A stretch of 62,418 nucleotides of DNA, the filler included, from Choristocarpus tenellus KU-1152 (lineage: Eukaryota; Protista; Phaeophyceae), in assembly GCA_964200185.2 (NCBI GenBank). It is 9 parts of 9 records of this genome, joined end to end, with 100 filler letters (N's around TTAATTAATTAA, not from the genome) between each part and the next. Parts side by side here need not be neighbours in the genome. Positions count along the whole stretch, not along the records: positions 10,265 to 16,500 come from CAXNAD020008604.1; positions 16,601 to 20,588 come from CAXNAD020016785.1; positions 20,689 to 25,632 come from CAXNAD020012435.1; 6 more parts are not named here. One strand, given 5' to 3'. Positions 12,451 through 24,639 of this stretch are shown here, piece by piece; position 1 is the stretch's first letter, and each line of letters opens with the position of its first letter. The translations under genes and the position numbers were made by a program. The notes under the pieces were generated by a model. That model was not told the origin of the DNA, did not search any database, and saw only the letters and a list, made by a program, of their open reading frames with translations.

Positions 12451-12987
12451 AAAACTTCCAAGTTTGATACCCGTTTTCTGGCTATTTTCCTTCCAATTTG
12501 GCACAGGCAGAGGGATTGCAAAGGAAGGTGTGTGCAGATGAAGGAAAATGCCCTGGAATCTGGTGCGTTCACTCAGATAACATGAAAATCACTACAGGGT
12601 CACAAAGGCCCCGAATGGTCGCCTGACCCCCCTCTAGGATAGTATGGGTATTTTGACTTCTTGACAATGGCACTAATCAAAATCCAAGACGAACATTCTT
12701 CCCAGAAAAAGTCCATAGTTAGAGTTTTTGCAAGGAAGATCCATCATGACTTCCGTGTTATTTTTTATTCCTTGAGCCTTCGTGATTGGTCGGCTCCTGC
12801 GTTGAAGTAAACACGAGGTACCCACGGTTGCAATATAAGGGTACGGGTTAATATGTGCAAAATTCAACTTTCTTTCACAAATGTGTGTAGGATATTTTCC
12901 GAATTGTGTGGAAAACGTTGAAACAATAGAGAAATCAACCCTTCTCAAGTCAAACGTAGCACTCCATTCAATGAAAAATAGGTGAAT

Positions 12988-13360
12988 TGTTAAAATATTC
13001 CACACTGGGCCCAGGGCTTTGGTGCTTTGATGAAGGACAATGAATAGCTTAATGTAGATATGTAATATTTAGAGTTACAAGAGGCTTATGGTCTCAAATC
13101 CGTTGACTGAATAGGTGGGTGAGACAAGCCTGGGCTATTATAATTATTCCTATAGTGTGGGGTTTGCAATCGTCTAAACTAATTTACTATGAATCACTTA
13201 TTTACTTATCTTAAGTATTGTAAGTGTATCTTGAGCGTAACACTCAAATCAATGGACACTATGATGAGCCAGGACATATGATATATGTCACTGGCTCTCC
13301 ATCCCATTGCATAATCCACCGGTGGTGTCTATAGTGTATCAGCAGCACTACCTACGAACA
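12988..13360 (-). mobile_element. Solo LTR (373 bp) with 5-bp TSD
   Basis: TGTT...AACA termini; TGAAT on both flanks (12983-12987, 13361-13365); both ends homologous to the LTR at 33484-33664. Confidence 0.88.
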
Positions 13361-14404
13361 TGAATCGGAAAAGATTGAAAAGTGGCTCTCCTGTAAGTTT
13401 TGATGCAATTTTGGTACAAATAGGTTAAGTGTGGTTAGCCTCTGGGATGAGGTTTATGGTAGATCAGAAGGAAAGAGAGCTGGACAGACATGTCTACTAT
13501 GCCAGGTCGTGGTTATTGCCCTGGCAATCTTACCCCAGACTGTAGGGGCAAGTGTCACGGACAGCTGCCACCACCTAGATGGATGAGATTTGACAAAACC
13601 TGGAGAGAAGTGGAGGGCAGATTCCCTGGAGAAACACAGACCGCATGTAGGTTTAATTCCACAGTCTTAGAGAGGATGAATCCAGGACGCCTCAAGGAGC
13701 CAATAAAACCATGAAGGAGGGGTCCAGGACGTCCCAAGGGGTCCACAGAATAATCAAGGATGAGTCCAGGTTGTGTCGGGAACTATCAAGATTCCCATGA
13801 GGTGTGGTGGGTTTCTCCCCAGTATGGTGAAACGAGCTCTAGGGTTAGGGTTTAGGGCCTCCATATTAAAAGCGCTCCCAGCAGCTTTCCTGTATAGACG
13901 GCGGCTGTGAGGTGTTGGTAGGCTGATATTAAGACATATGTAAGAGTTCTGTCAAGCTTGATGTTTGACTGAACGGCAAACACCCAAGATTTATTCATTC
14001 TCAAATATTTTCCGAATGTCATGAGTATCGTATGTCATGTTTTTTTAGCTTAATATCTGCCACATATTTCAACTCAATACTTCAATATATTCTCAAGATA
14101 CAGATTTTTCAATGTAACAAAAAGACGACTTTGAGCCTTACTCTTTTGGGCTGCCCATGGGCATACTTGCTCCTTGCGCTGGTTAAGGTAAAATTGAGAT
14201 AGGTGGTATCAAACCCATAGAGATATAGGAAAGAGGTTATGGTATGAATGGACTGATTGGTACATGATGTGTGCAACAATACAAAAGATGTTAGGCTATC
14301 AGTCACAGTAGTTGTGGTCTATTGTTATACAGAAGAGGTCGAGTTACATATTGGATTGTAAGTGCTACTTTATGTATAGAGATGAAGAAAAGAGGTTTAT
14401 GTGC

Positions 14405-16170
14405 TTACTCCGTTCAGAAAAATGTGTAACAAAATTTGCAGTCCCGATGAAAAAGCAAGATTTTTCACATGTTCATATTTTATGGGTGTGTTGTTTAGAC
14501 ACTAAAAGTCTGCCCACCAAAATCTCAACCAAAATGGGGCAGCCTACACCTATCCATGACTCCGCCCATGAAACCCTCCAAAAATCCATTCCAGCATGAT
14601 ATTTCGCTGCATCCACCAGGGCATTTGGGGGGAGCTTGCCCACCTTCTCACCCTTGTCCTTGCTAAGATCCGGAATTCCGAAGTCGTTGTCACCCTTGGA
14701 CCCCAGCACTTCAACGTAGATTGCGAAGAGGCTCTGCCAGACGTGCTCTAGTATCTCCCATGGGTGCACATTGAACACCTCCATCGTGACCTCCACCTGC
14801 TCCTCTATGTTGGTCACCCCCCCACATCTTCCTTCAGTTGCTGGATGGAATGAAAGAATCCCAGGTTGTTGACATTAAGATCAGATGAGTTGACTGGCTG
14901 GGTCTCTATGACAATATCGTCCCCTGACGCCTCCTCGATTGCCTCCATGATCCCCTCATTGGTGTGTGGCTTTGCCCTGTCCTGCTGCACGAAGGTAGTG
15001 TATCCTTCCGGCCTAGGCATGCAAGCCTTGATTGCTAGGATGACATGCTTGATCACGAGCTTCTTATACCTCTCCCCGTCCACCGTGACTGGCACAAGCA
15101 CCTTGGTGCCCTTGGGGCGGTGTTTACTGGAGTGCTGAGCGACCTTAGCATAATTGGCTAGATCCCTATTTCCCATCGAATCACACCCTGTTGGAGGGGC
15201 TCATAGGGTGAGCCACAGGTACAAGGAATATCACTTTCATTATGTATCACTTACTCTGTGCCCGTGGGGGTTTGGGGGGGTCCTCAGTGGGGTGCAGGTA
15301 CACACCTTGCACATCTTTGAGAATGTAGAACCACATCTCGTCCCCATGCACCCAATCATATAGATCATCCTCTAATAGTCGACTTGCCCCCCCCCCCCTC
15401 CTGTGCATGTGGCTGATGATGAAACCCACTCTGTTGACTCTCTGCTTGTCTGAGAGGACTGGCTTAATCCACTGCTTGACCTTCACCTTGTCGCGTCTGC
15501 ACAGATCCCAGAAGGCAAGGGAGACCCCAGCTTTGGTCGCCCATTTATGGAAGGATGTGTAGTGTACTGATGGGACATCCCAAGCGTCCACGATACTTGT
15601 GCAGCAGCCACATCACCCCTTGTTGCACAAGAATTATGCACTCACTCCGTGTGATTTGGCTATCATACTTCAGTGCTATTTGGCAATCATAATCCTTCAG
15701 ATGGCGGAACTCAGTGATTTGCGAAATGCCGAAGTCTTTCACGATGACCTCCACCGTCCCCGGAGGCATCCGACTCTCGCACCCTCTCCCCTCCAAGCAT
15801 TGCGCTACCACGTTGTTCTTCGTTTGGGTGTTTGAGTCTGGACCCTGGACAGACTTCTGGTGCGAAGAATTGTTACCGACAGGCAACGACGGGATGAGCG
15901 AGCCACTTGAACGATGGGAGGCCTTCGTCCTAGGCATCCAAATAAAATTTGCTTTGATAGTTTCATGAGGTTTTTGAAACCAATCAAATGCAATTTGATT
16001 GACATTGCATTGGTGATCGTCCACAGTCATGACAGTCCAACATGTCAAAAACGCACGCCTTCCGATTTATATAAGAACTAACCCTAACCCAGGGGTTATC
16101 ACGTAGGTTGTTCCCAGACCAGACCAGAGCTTGAAAAAATTATTTATCATTTAATTTCGAAGGGAGGTAG
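14405..16170 (-). mobile_element. Plant-type (Stowaway-associated, DD39D-related) mariner transposon with disrupted transposase (~14590-15920)
   Basis: WIKPVLSDKQRVNR, VHGDEMWFY, AQHSSKHRPKGT, FVQQDRAKPH, QPVNSSDLNVNNLGFFHSIQ; degenerate ctcc(g/c)ttc termini near 14409 and 16168 are tentative. Confidence 0.85.
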
Positions 16171-16435
16171 TAGGTCATTGAAAGACCCTCCCCCTTCAGA
16201 ACAATAAATAAAATGAATACAGATGCAAAATCACACCAACACTGAAATAGGGTACTACCATAAAAACGTTCTCACCCTTCAGAATTATAAACACAAAACA
16301 AGCACAAGACACAGAAACAATGAAACATTCAGAAAGAAATTTGATATTGCAATTTGTTTTGCTCACGAATTCTGGATTATTACTATTATTTGCTCATTCC
16401 TAATTTGCCATTCCTCTATTCTCTATTCCCCATTT

Positions 16436-16500
16436 AACAGCCGATTTCAAAAATTGAGGATGGAGCTTTTCATTGAGGATGGGCTTGACCCAAAATTGAC
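16436..16500 (+). repeat. Left arm of a palindromic (fold-back) repeat, truncated at contig end
   Basis: Near-identical to 29346-29410. Confidence 0.85.
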
Positions 16501-16600
16501 NNNNNNNNNNNNNNNNNNNNNNNNNNNNNNNNNNNNNNNNNNNNTTAATTAATTAANNNNNNNNNNNNNNNNNNNNNNNNNNNNNNNNNNNNNNNNNNNN
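16501..16600. other. Artificial contig linker
   Basis: N44-TTAATTAATTAA-N44. Confidence 0.99.
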
Positions 16601-18500
16601 CGGTGATTCTCTTCGCCACCCTTGCCTGAGTGAACCACGCCGCCACAGAATCACACAATTCACATTTGTCTTCAGCTATATACCTCCAAAAGAAAGTTGT
16701 CTCGCAGACATGAGGCATCCACGAATCTAGGTGTATGCTCCATAGTGTAAAACAAGACGGTTGGCTGCAGCTTTCCACGATTCCCTTCTCTCTGTCCTTA
16801 ACGAACTCATTGCATTCTTCACTGCCTTTTTGGATTGAATGTACGAAAGAGTACATTCTCTCACCAAGATACGAACCCACTCAGTAGTCGTCATGTCTTC
16901 CCGAGGAACCCAGAGGGGTTGTCCTGTGACGCTTGGGACTTCCACTGTGGATAAGTCGCTCAAGAGATCGTTGTGGGTTCTGAGAGAGTCAGACAGTAGT
17001 TGCTAAATAAGCTTGATGTGGAAAGGGGTTAGGGCATCACTTTGTGGACCTGATGCATTATGATTGTAGGAATGGTCTTTAGGTAAAGCCCATGATCCCC
17101 CTTGAACCTCCCTAGAGCCTTGGTAAAAGAGCATCAGCGAAGAAAACGGGGTTATGATCTAAAGTATCTGGGAGGGTGGGAGGGTCTACACCAGGGTGTT
17201 CATTTGGGGCAAACCAGGAGAAGTGCACTTGCATTATCCATCCGACGTATGCAACCAAATCACACAAAAATCGCGACATGAAAAAAATTGACCCCAAGTG
17301 GACAACCGCCACCCCCCCCAGATACTTTGAACCTATTGGACATGGCTGGGGTGGAGTTATCTGCTGGTACTCCAAGAAAAACGGGGCCGTTGGCTGGGTC
17401 TCCGAGTTTCTTCTGAATACGTTCCATGACCTTAACACAATATTGGTGATAACGCATATCAAGGTTTCGAGAGATTGTGTCTCGCTGCTGCCTACCAGAT
17501 TGTGACTCATTCGACTCAGCCCGTGCACACAACTCATTCATTTCTCTTCGTAACTGTGCTTTGACCTCTCTGTGCCGACGTACTGTAATCAGGTTTTCCC
17601 TCCAAAATGGTCTTGGTGATACAGAGCTGGGTGGAAAAGAATATCTTATTCGACGATGACGCCTAGGTGAACGGCTGCAGCCTCTGCGTTCTTCTCTGTT
17701 CCTCCTTGTGTCTTGTATAGAGAGTGCCTGTCCCGCGATCTTGACCTGGAGCAGCATCTGCCACGAGTGGAAGGCCGAAAACGAATGCTTTTCTCTGTGT
17801 CTGCCTCAGCGTTCGGCGGAGTGGACAAGGTTGTTGCCAAAAAAAATTTGAGGTGTAGTACTGAGCTGGAATCTCTCCGAATTATCGTTTCCTTGAGGAA
17901 TTTAGGGGTCAGAGACGACCTCTACTTCCTGTGAATGCTGTGAGCTAGACATGTCTGTGAACCTGGGAAATAATGGACAATGTGGTACACGAAAAGAGAA
18001 CAGGAATGTGAGTATGTGAATGAAGAAAAATAACTACCTAGGAAACTTCTTGACCATGGCGGTCGGAAACCACTCGTTTACAATTATAGGTGTATGATGT
18101 TTCCCTTGGAGCCACAGATGCCATCTCACGCTAGGCCCTTCCTCCAAGTTAGGAGGTGGGGCCAGCGTTTCAAGACTACCCAAGGAGACGATGAGGCCAA
18201 GGAGACGATGAGGCCAAGTAGAAGAAAATCCCGTAGACAACGAAAGAAGTCCAAGACCATCCAAGGAGACAACAAAACCAAGTAGAAAATAATATCCAGG
18301 CTACCGTAGGAAGCTACCAAGAATCCTAAGTGTAGAGGTGAACACTGAAGTATTCTCTCCAGTTTGAAGAGATGCGGTAGGACTTCCATGTTACAACATG
18401 CTCCAGAACTTACCTCCACAGGATGTGTAGCTCTAATCCAACGACCTTTAAACAGCACTATTGGGGTATTTCCACAGTTGATAGCCACTTGTGGGTGTCA
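16601..18500 (-). pseudogene. Decayed CRE/R2-group non-LTR retrotransposon (N-terminal region and RT)
   Basis: Ordered degenerate motifs ASGP (domain 0), GQPLWVP (RPI-like), KNAMSSL (KNAFNS-like), QLSFG...LRQG; interrupted by a MITE. Confidence 0.5.
17156..17333 (+). mobile_element. MITE family A, full copy
   Basis: TIRs gatctaaagtatc / gatactttgaacc; 3-bp TSD tat. Confidence 0.9.
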
Positions 18501-18599
18501 GTCACTCTTCTCTCGATGCTTCTCTCAGTGCTTAGCTTAATGCTTGACTTAATGTTTTATTCGAGAAATAAAGTGTGAAAGAGATACGTCGGGTGGCTC

Positions 18600-20588
18600 C
18601 CAAAGCAACTCTAATATAATAATAGTCATCCACCCCATTTCTACAGACCAAAAGTTGAAAGACATCTGCAAGCTGTTGTATACGTATTCAAATTACAGAT
18701 CTTTTCTGTAACTTCCTGGAAATCGGCATTTATTCTGTGAGAGGTCTCCTATGTGCTACGAATCTCGTATAAACTGCTCGCGCTTGCTAGAACACGAGAA
18801 GAAATGCTCGCGCTATTCGCCTGTAACATTAGACGACTGCATTGTACAGATACAAAGATGCCCTGTGCAGCGGGATCCTGGTACAATGCGCAGGGTAGTA
18901 CTCCTGGTCCACCACACTATACATGCCGTAAGTGTCGCGTTGTAACGGCTATCTTCATGGCATTTGCAGCGTCGCGGATCCTTTTGGTGCCAGTGAAATG
19001 AAACGTGTGTGCAAATTGTGTGTGAGCACCACCAAGCGCAAGGCTTTGAGTCCTCCAGCCAGTGACAACACGGCGTCGAGGTGCCATGATAACAAGAACA
19101 AGTGGAAGGGAATGGTGCTGCCAAATATATCTACGGAGAAAGACGCGTCCTACAAGTCTCACGGTGCTGACAATTGTAAATGCTTGAGGGTCAAAGTATC
19201 TGAGGGGGGTGGCGGCTGTCCATTTGGGGTTCATTTTTCCATGTCGCGATTTTTGCGTGATTTGGTTGCATGTATCAGATCGATCATGTAAGTGCACTTT
19301 TCCTGGTCAGGATCCAAATGGACACCCTAGTGTAGACCCCCCCCCCCCCCCCCCCCCCTCAGTCTGAGCTTTGCAGAGAAGGTGGAGGAAGTATTGAAAC
19401 TCCTGAAGACAATAATGGAAACTGCGGTTGCTCAAAAGTTTGGAAATCGGTCTGAGCACCCTCTACAAGTTGAAGAAGGAGGCAAGAACCATCATGGAGA
19501 AAGCACACATGCTAAAGTCTGACACCAAGTCTACGAGGGGCACCAAACATTTCGAGATGCGTCAGCGTATGGATTGAAATTCTGAAAGTAGGTTGATTGT
19601 GATCGTGATTGAATTGTATTTATGCACTGTCTGCTCATGAGGAGTTGTGTGTGTGTGATCATGATTTAATTTTTTGAAATTTTACGCTCGTTTCTGCCGT
19701 ACTTTATGTCTGTACTTTGTACTGTAGTATCACAGGTGACCATTTTTTCCGTAGAAATAACGTCCCACACAAGGCGTTCCTATGTACTAATGAGGATCTC
19801 AGTATTGCTCTCGACGCTCTGCACCTCAAACCCGGCGGAAGTCCATCTCAGGCTTCCATCACGCAGGAAGAGTGTGGATCGGTGTGAAAGACAACGATGA
19901 AGTGGCCAATGTGCAACACCAGAGGATATGAAAGACCAGCTGGTCGAGAAATTCTTGTACCAATCAGACAATGAAAGCTCAGGTGACGAGGATGACGATG
20001 GGTTTATGGGAGGGGGCAGTGCATCGGGGGCCGTGAGGAAAGAAGCAGCCTCTTCAGTGTTCTCGATTCCTCCACTGTCGTACTCTCAAGTAGCTGACGG
20101 GTTTGCAAGCTTCAAAACAACCGTCGAAGAGTGCAAGCATGAATGATGTTTCGTACCATTTCTGGAAAAGCAAAGCTGGCTTGGCTCATCGCAATTGGGG
20201 CAAGGACAATCAAACAAGCGAGCATTTGAGATTTTTCTGGCAGTCACGATTTTTTTTTGTCAGCGAATAAGTTGTTTTACTCAGTGCGTGTGATGGGAGG
20301 TGCATGGTGGTGCAGTTACATTTGATCCAAGGTGCTATTTTTGATACTATACTGTGTATTACCCTTGTAGAGTGCGATTGAATACGTAGGGCAGGGTATT
20401 GGAGGAGATTGGCTTTGAACGTTGATTTGATTTGAACTGCGAGTTGTCTGTCCAGCTATCCAATGGCTTGTGGATGCTTTCTTGGCAAGGTGTGTACTTT
20501 CCATGTGAGTGAATACATCGTAATGAGTGTAATTTTAACCAAGTTACAGTGTGGTGTAAGTATGACACTGGTATACTGTGGAGGGGTG
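18600..20588 (+). mobile_element. pogo/Tigger-like internally deleted transposon, copy 1 (Cys/His finger, HTH_psq, acidic C-terminus)
   Basis: MPCAAGSW...HYTCRKC..CNGYLHGICSVADPFGASEMKRVCKLC; KCLSFAEKV..VLKLL...TAVAQKFG..LSTLYKLKKE; SGDEDDD...PPLSYSQV; homologous to 20819-22270. Confidence 0.7.
19188..19364 (-). mobile_element. MITE family A (reverse; small deletion in one TIR) nested in the pogo-like element
   Basis: gggtcaaagtatc TIR plus the family A body; TSD tga/tga. Confidence 0.88.
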
Positions 20589-20688
20589 NNNNNNNNNNNN
20601 NNNNNNNNNNNNNNNNNNNNNNNNNNNNNNNNTTAATTAATTAANNNNNNNNNNNNNNNNNNNNNNNNNNNNNNNNNNNNNNNNNNNN
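20589..20688. other. Artificial contig linker
   Basis: N44-TTAATTAATTAA-N44. Confidence 0.99.
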
Positions 20689-20818
20689 GAAAAGGTGTAT
20701 CCGGAACAAGGATATTGACACATCCTAACGAACATGATAGTCAAAATAACATCAACATGACAACATTGGATTTTGGACCCAAATGGATGCGCCTCTACCC
20801 TTTAAGATACTTTGGCTC
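20689..20818 (-). mobile_element. MITE family B, partial (reverse), at contig start
   Basis: Ends ccctttaagatactttggctc; reverse complement matches 5117-5245. Confidence 0.85.
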
Positions 20819-22270
20819 AGCTGCAACATACAATGTAATTCTCCTGGTCTGCCACACTATACGTGCCATAAGTGTCGCGTTTGTAGTGACTATCTTCATG
20901 GAATTTGTGGCGTCATGAATCCTTTGGGCACCAGCGAAATGAAATGTGTGTGCAAATTGTGCGTGAGCCCCACAAAGTGCAAGGCTTCGAGTCCTCCAGC
21001 CAGTGACAACAAGTGTCGAAACGCCATGATAACAAGAAAGGTCAACATCCTCCCAGCCCCTGTCCAAACAGACCTGACCTCAAAGTTTGGCAAAAATAAT
21101 TGTACCTTGAACAAGGTCACCTCCAGCACTGACATCTCTGTTGAGGACACTGATAAGCTGATGCACATTATGCAGCGCTTGAGTTTCGGCACGAGGAGTG
21201 GCTATATTGACGATTATCTGATCTCTCCGATGCCCTTGATGCTCTGCACCTCAAACTTGACAGAAAACAGTCTCAAGCTTCCATCGACGCAGTGAGAGTA
21301 TGGATCGGTGTGGAAGATAATGATGGAGTGGCCAATGCAATACTAGAGAACATGAAAAACCAGCTGCTCGAGGAATTGTTGTACCAGTCAGACAATGAAA
21401 CTCGCGTGACGAGGATGACGATGGGTTTATGGGAGGGGGCAGCGCATTGGGGGCCATGAGGAAAGGAGCAGCCTCTTCAGTGTTCTCGATTTTTCCACCA
21501 CCATACTCTCAAGTAGGTAACGAGTTTGTAAGCTTAGAAACGACTGCCGAAGAGTGCGCCATGAACGGTGTTTCGTACTATCTCCAGAAAGGAAAGCTGA
21601 CTTGCCTCAGCGCAATCGGGGCCAGGGCAATCAAACAGACATTTGCAATTTTTTTGTCAGTCGCCATTTTATATTAGTGAATAAGTTGTTTTACTTAGTG
21701 CTTGCGATGGGGGTTGCATAGCGGTGTAGCTGTATTTGATCCATTGTGGCGTTTTGATACCGTTCTTATAATATATTTTTAGAGTAATAGAATACGTTCG
21801 GCAGGGCATCTGAGGGAGATTGCCTTTGAAGACAACATTGAATTGATTTGAACTGTGAGTCGTTCGTACAGCCATCCAACGGCTTGCGGATGCCTTTCTT
21901 GGGAAAGTGTACTATACATATGAGTGAATACATCGTAATGAGTGCAATTTACCCAAGTTACAGTACCATACACATACCACACTAATATACTGTGCAGTGG
22001 TGGTGGAGATGTGTTGCTTGCTGCACCACCACAGCTTCATCGAAGTGGACTCACCGAGAGCAATGTCCAACACATATCTAGGTGTAACTGCTCTTGAAGA
22101 CACATGAGAACCACATACAGCAAGGGCGCCGCTCTGTCATCGTTTGGGGACAAGTATAAAGTGCCTAAAACCACTTTTGGTCTCTCTCTCTCTATAATCA
22201 CGATCCCTCAATTTAAGAGATAAGCGTCTTATATACAATAAGAGAGGATCCGGATATAAGAGAGGGTTTT
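20819..22270 (+). mobile_element. pogo/Tigger-like internally deleted transposon, copy 2
   Basis: PHYTCHKCRVCSDYLHGICGVMNPLGTSEMKCVCKLC and PPPYSQVGNEFVSLETTAEECAMNGVSYYLQKGK; colinear with copy 1 through the 3' noncoding part; pogo-like terminus ccggatataagagagggtttt at ~22250-22270. Confidence 0.7.
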
Positions 22271-22853
22271 GGTTTTGCTCTACATTTTGTCATAGATAGT
22301 AAAATCCAGTAACAATATTATTTTAACTTGAACTACTGATTGTGTACTGATCCACATCAATACCTTCAAAATGCACCTATACAAACTTTAAATTGTAATG
22401 ACATAATTGTATGATTCGTCATGTGCATATGGTTTGGGTATGACGTGGGCATATTCACCAATATGATTTGCTGTTTGTGTTTGGTGGGAAGATGGCTCTG
22501 TTCAACAAAAATGAAAATAGAGACAGAAAACGTTTAATCCTATACGCGCATTTATCGCGCGAACTGCAACTGCAACTAACACAGAAATATGAAGAACAAA
22601 GTAATCCCAAGAACAGATGGTGTTTCCTATTCTATCCATATATATAAGTGTTGTTGTCGTTTTTTTTGTTTTTCATGAGTGATGACGCATGTCTTGGATT
22701 TTGTTTTGCATGCTGCTCTCCATTCCATTTGTTGTGGTAGCAAGGTGATATTCACTATTAGAAAGGCAACATCTACAGTGCCTTCCCTGAACTTGTGCTA
22801 CCAGGCCTTGCACCTCTAAAGTGCTCCGTGTCGAGGGATCCGACATCCTGAGA

Positions 22854-24639
22854 ATGTGGGCACCTTGTGCATTTTTCCTGGTCATACTGGTGGCTTCACT
22901 TGCTGAAATCATCCGAGGAGAACAGCAAGTCGGGTTCGTATGGGGTGGTATCCCACTTGTACATACCTCAAACAAACGTGGTTTCTCTCCTGGCATCACA
23001 CGACATGCCGTGGAATCCCCGAAGAGTACCTCCTCTCCTTGGTCTCCATTTTTTTTCAACCAAGCGTCCAAGACCCCAGAGACTGTTCCTCCAGTGGAGG
23101 TGTCTGAAACGGATTCGGTAAGAGTGTAATGAAGAACTGATTAGATTTTGAAAACCTCGCATTTCTATCGGAACTAAGCTTTTACCAACCGTCGTTTGCC
23201 GCCGTTGTCGACATCTCGTACGATCTCCAGTCCAGAATTTCTCTTGACCACTGACGGGTCATACATCGTGTGAACTCATATTCTAATCCTGTTCATTGTC
23301 TCCATGACACTTCACCACTTTTCTGCTTTGCCCCATTTCATAGGATGAGGTGATGCGCGATTTCCGAGAGCAGGTTCAACGGAGACAGCGACGAAAGATG
23401 CTGGAGGGTCAGCTATCCTCCCTCCTGCATGTTGAGGCGTGCTCAATATCGACCAAGGTGTGAAATATCCTACTTCGAAACAAAATAGAAATATTAACTC
23501 CAATCATGCTTTTTTTGAAGGTCCTCTCCTGCTGGAAGCTGGGTTGTTGGAGCAGCGTACCGTTGTTAGTGGAATCTTCCTGCTTGTTCTAGGTTCTTTA
23601 TTCTCCAGACAAGAATGCACCGCCAATATATACTAGTCTAATATTGCTGTCCGTACTCCTTGTGCTGACAGGCACTGCCCTAGTGTAGATAGTATAGGAC
23701 TCTTGCATGCAACCTAGGCTCTACTTTCTAAGTCGCATTATAAGATGGTGCACCTTAAAACGTCTCGACCTGAATGCATAGGAGTGGGTGTGAAGTAATT
23801 ATTCGTGCAGTTGGTGGTCAGGAGTGAAAACACTGGCAGAGTCAAGATGTGTGTGATACTTCAACCTGTTGAGGATAGGAACTGTGAATAGTTTCGTCTT
23901 GCTCCCTTCACACGCTTCTGCTCCACTTGATCAAATCCCCACTATGTGTGTATTTCCTTGCCACCAACAAAGGCATGTGAGCACGTGAGGAGACTGGCTG
24001 GTGAGCTTGAAGCCCTGCAGATGGATGGCTCAACCATGAGTAGAGATGGGTCCTCTCTAGCAGGATGGTGAGCTACAATTTTGGTCTGTTGTACCTTTTT
24101 TTTGTTTGAGGCTATTACGAAGGGAGTCCTGAACAAGGCGAAGGTTAGATGGTAGAGGGAAAGGCAATACGAGCAAAGAGTTAAAGCTGTAGCAACCCGT
24201 CGCAGGCAGTCTTTGGTCATACACCCCTTGCCGAATTCTGATGAACCTTGCAACATTGTTTTCTTTCCGTGTAATTGAACCACTAACCTTGATCTACCCA
24301 AAATACTCCCACTTCAATAGCTGGAAGCTTCGATACTCGGAGGCCAGTGGAGGGGGGAGGGATGTAGAGGCAAAGCTGCATGGCCTTCAGTCAGTGGAGA
24401 GGATCACATACGTGTCTGACCACTTTCGCCTGTCTCACAGTGGGGATGCCTTGCAGGTCTTTCAAAGGGTAGAGCTATCTGTTGAGGATGACACCACACA
24501 TGGCACACGTTTGTCGGGGAGGCAAGCTGTGGTAGCAGTGTCAAAAACTGGTGCAGCAGCAGCAGCTGTGGCCCATCGCCGCGTTGCTGCCCCCTGGAGG
24601 TCTGCACTTCGTCGGAGACTTTTTGCGTGGCGGCGCTGA
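22854..24639 (+). CDS. Putative plastid-targeted PAP/fibrillin-like lipid-associated protein, ~263 aa, 4 exons
   Basis: Phase-consistent GT-AG exons 22854-23117, 23344-23457, 23973-24067, 24321-24639. Signal peptide MWAPCAFFLVILVASLA followed by a S/T/R-rich transit-like region. VRRLAGELEALQ...SLAGC|WKLRYS and VFQRVE resemble the fibrillin LEA...LxGxWxLxY and VYQxI motifs. The 3' exon structure is uncertain. Confidence 0.55.

Noticed and set aside
13839-16092. Inverted telomeric tracts as termini of the mariner element
   Set aside because: Only 2-3 units each, similar tracts are scattered through the window, and they do not coincide with the putative TIRs
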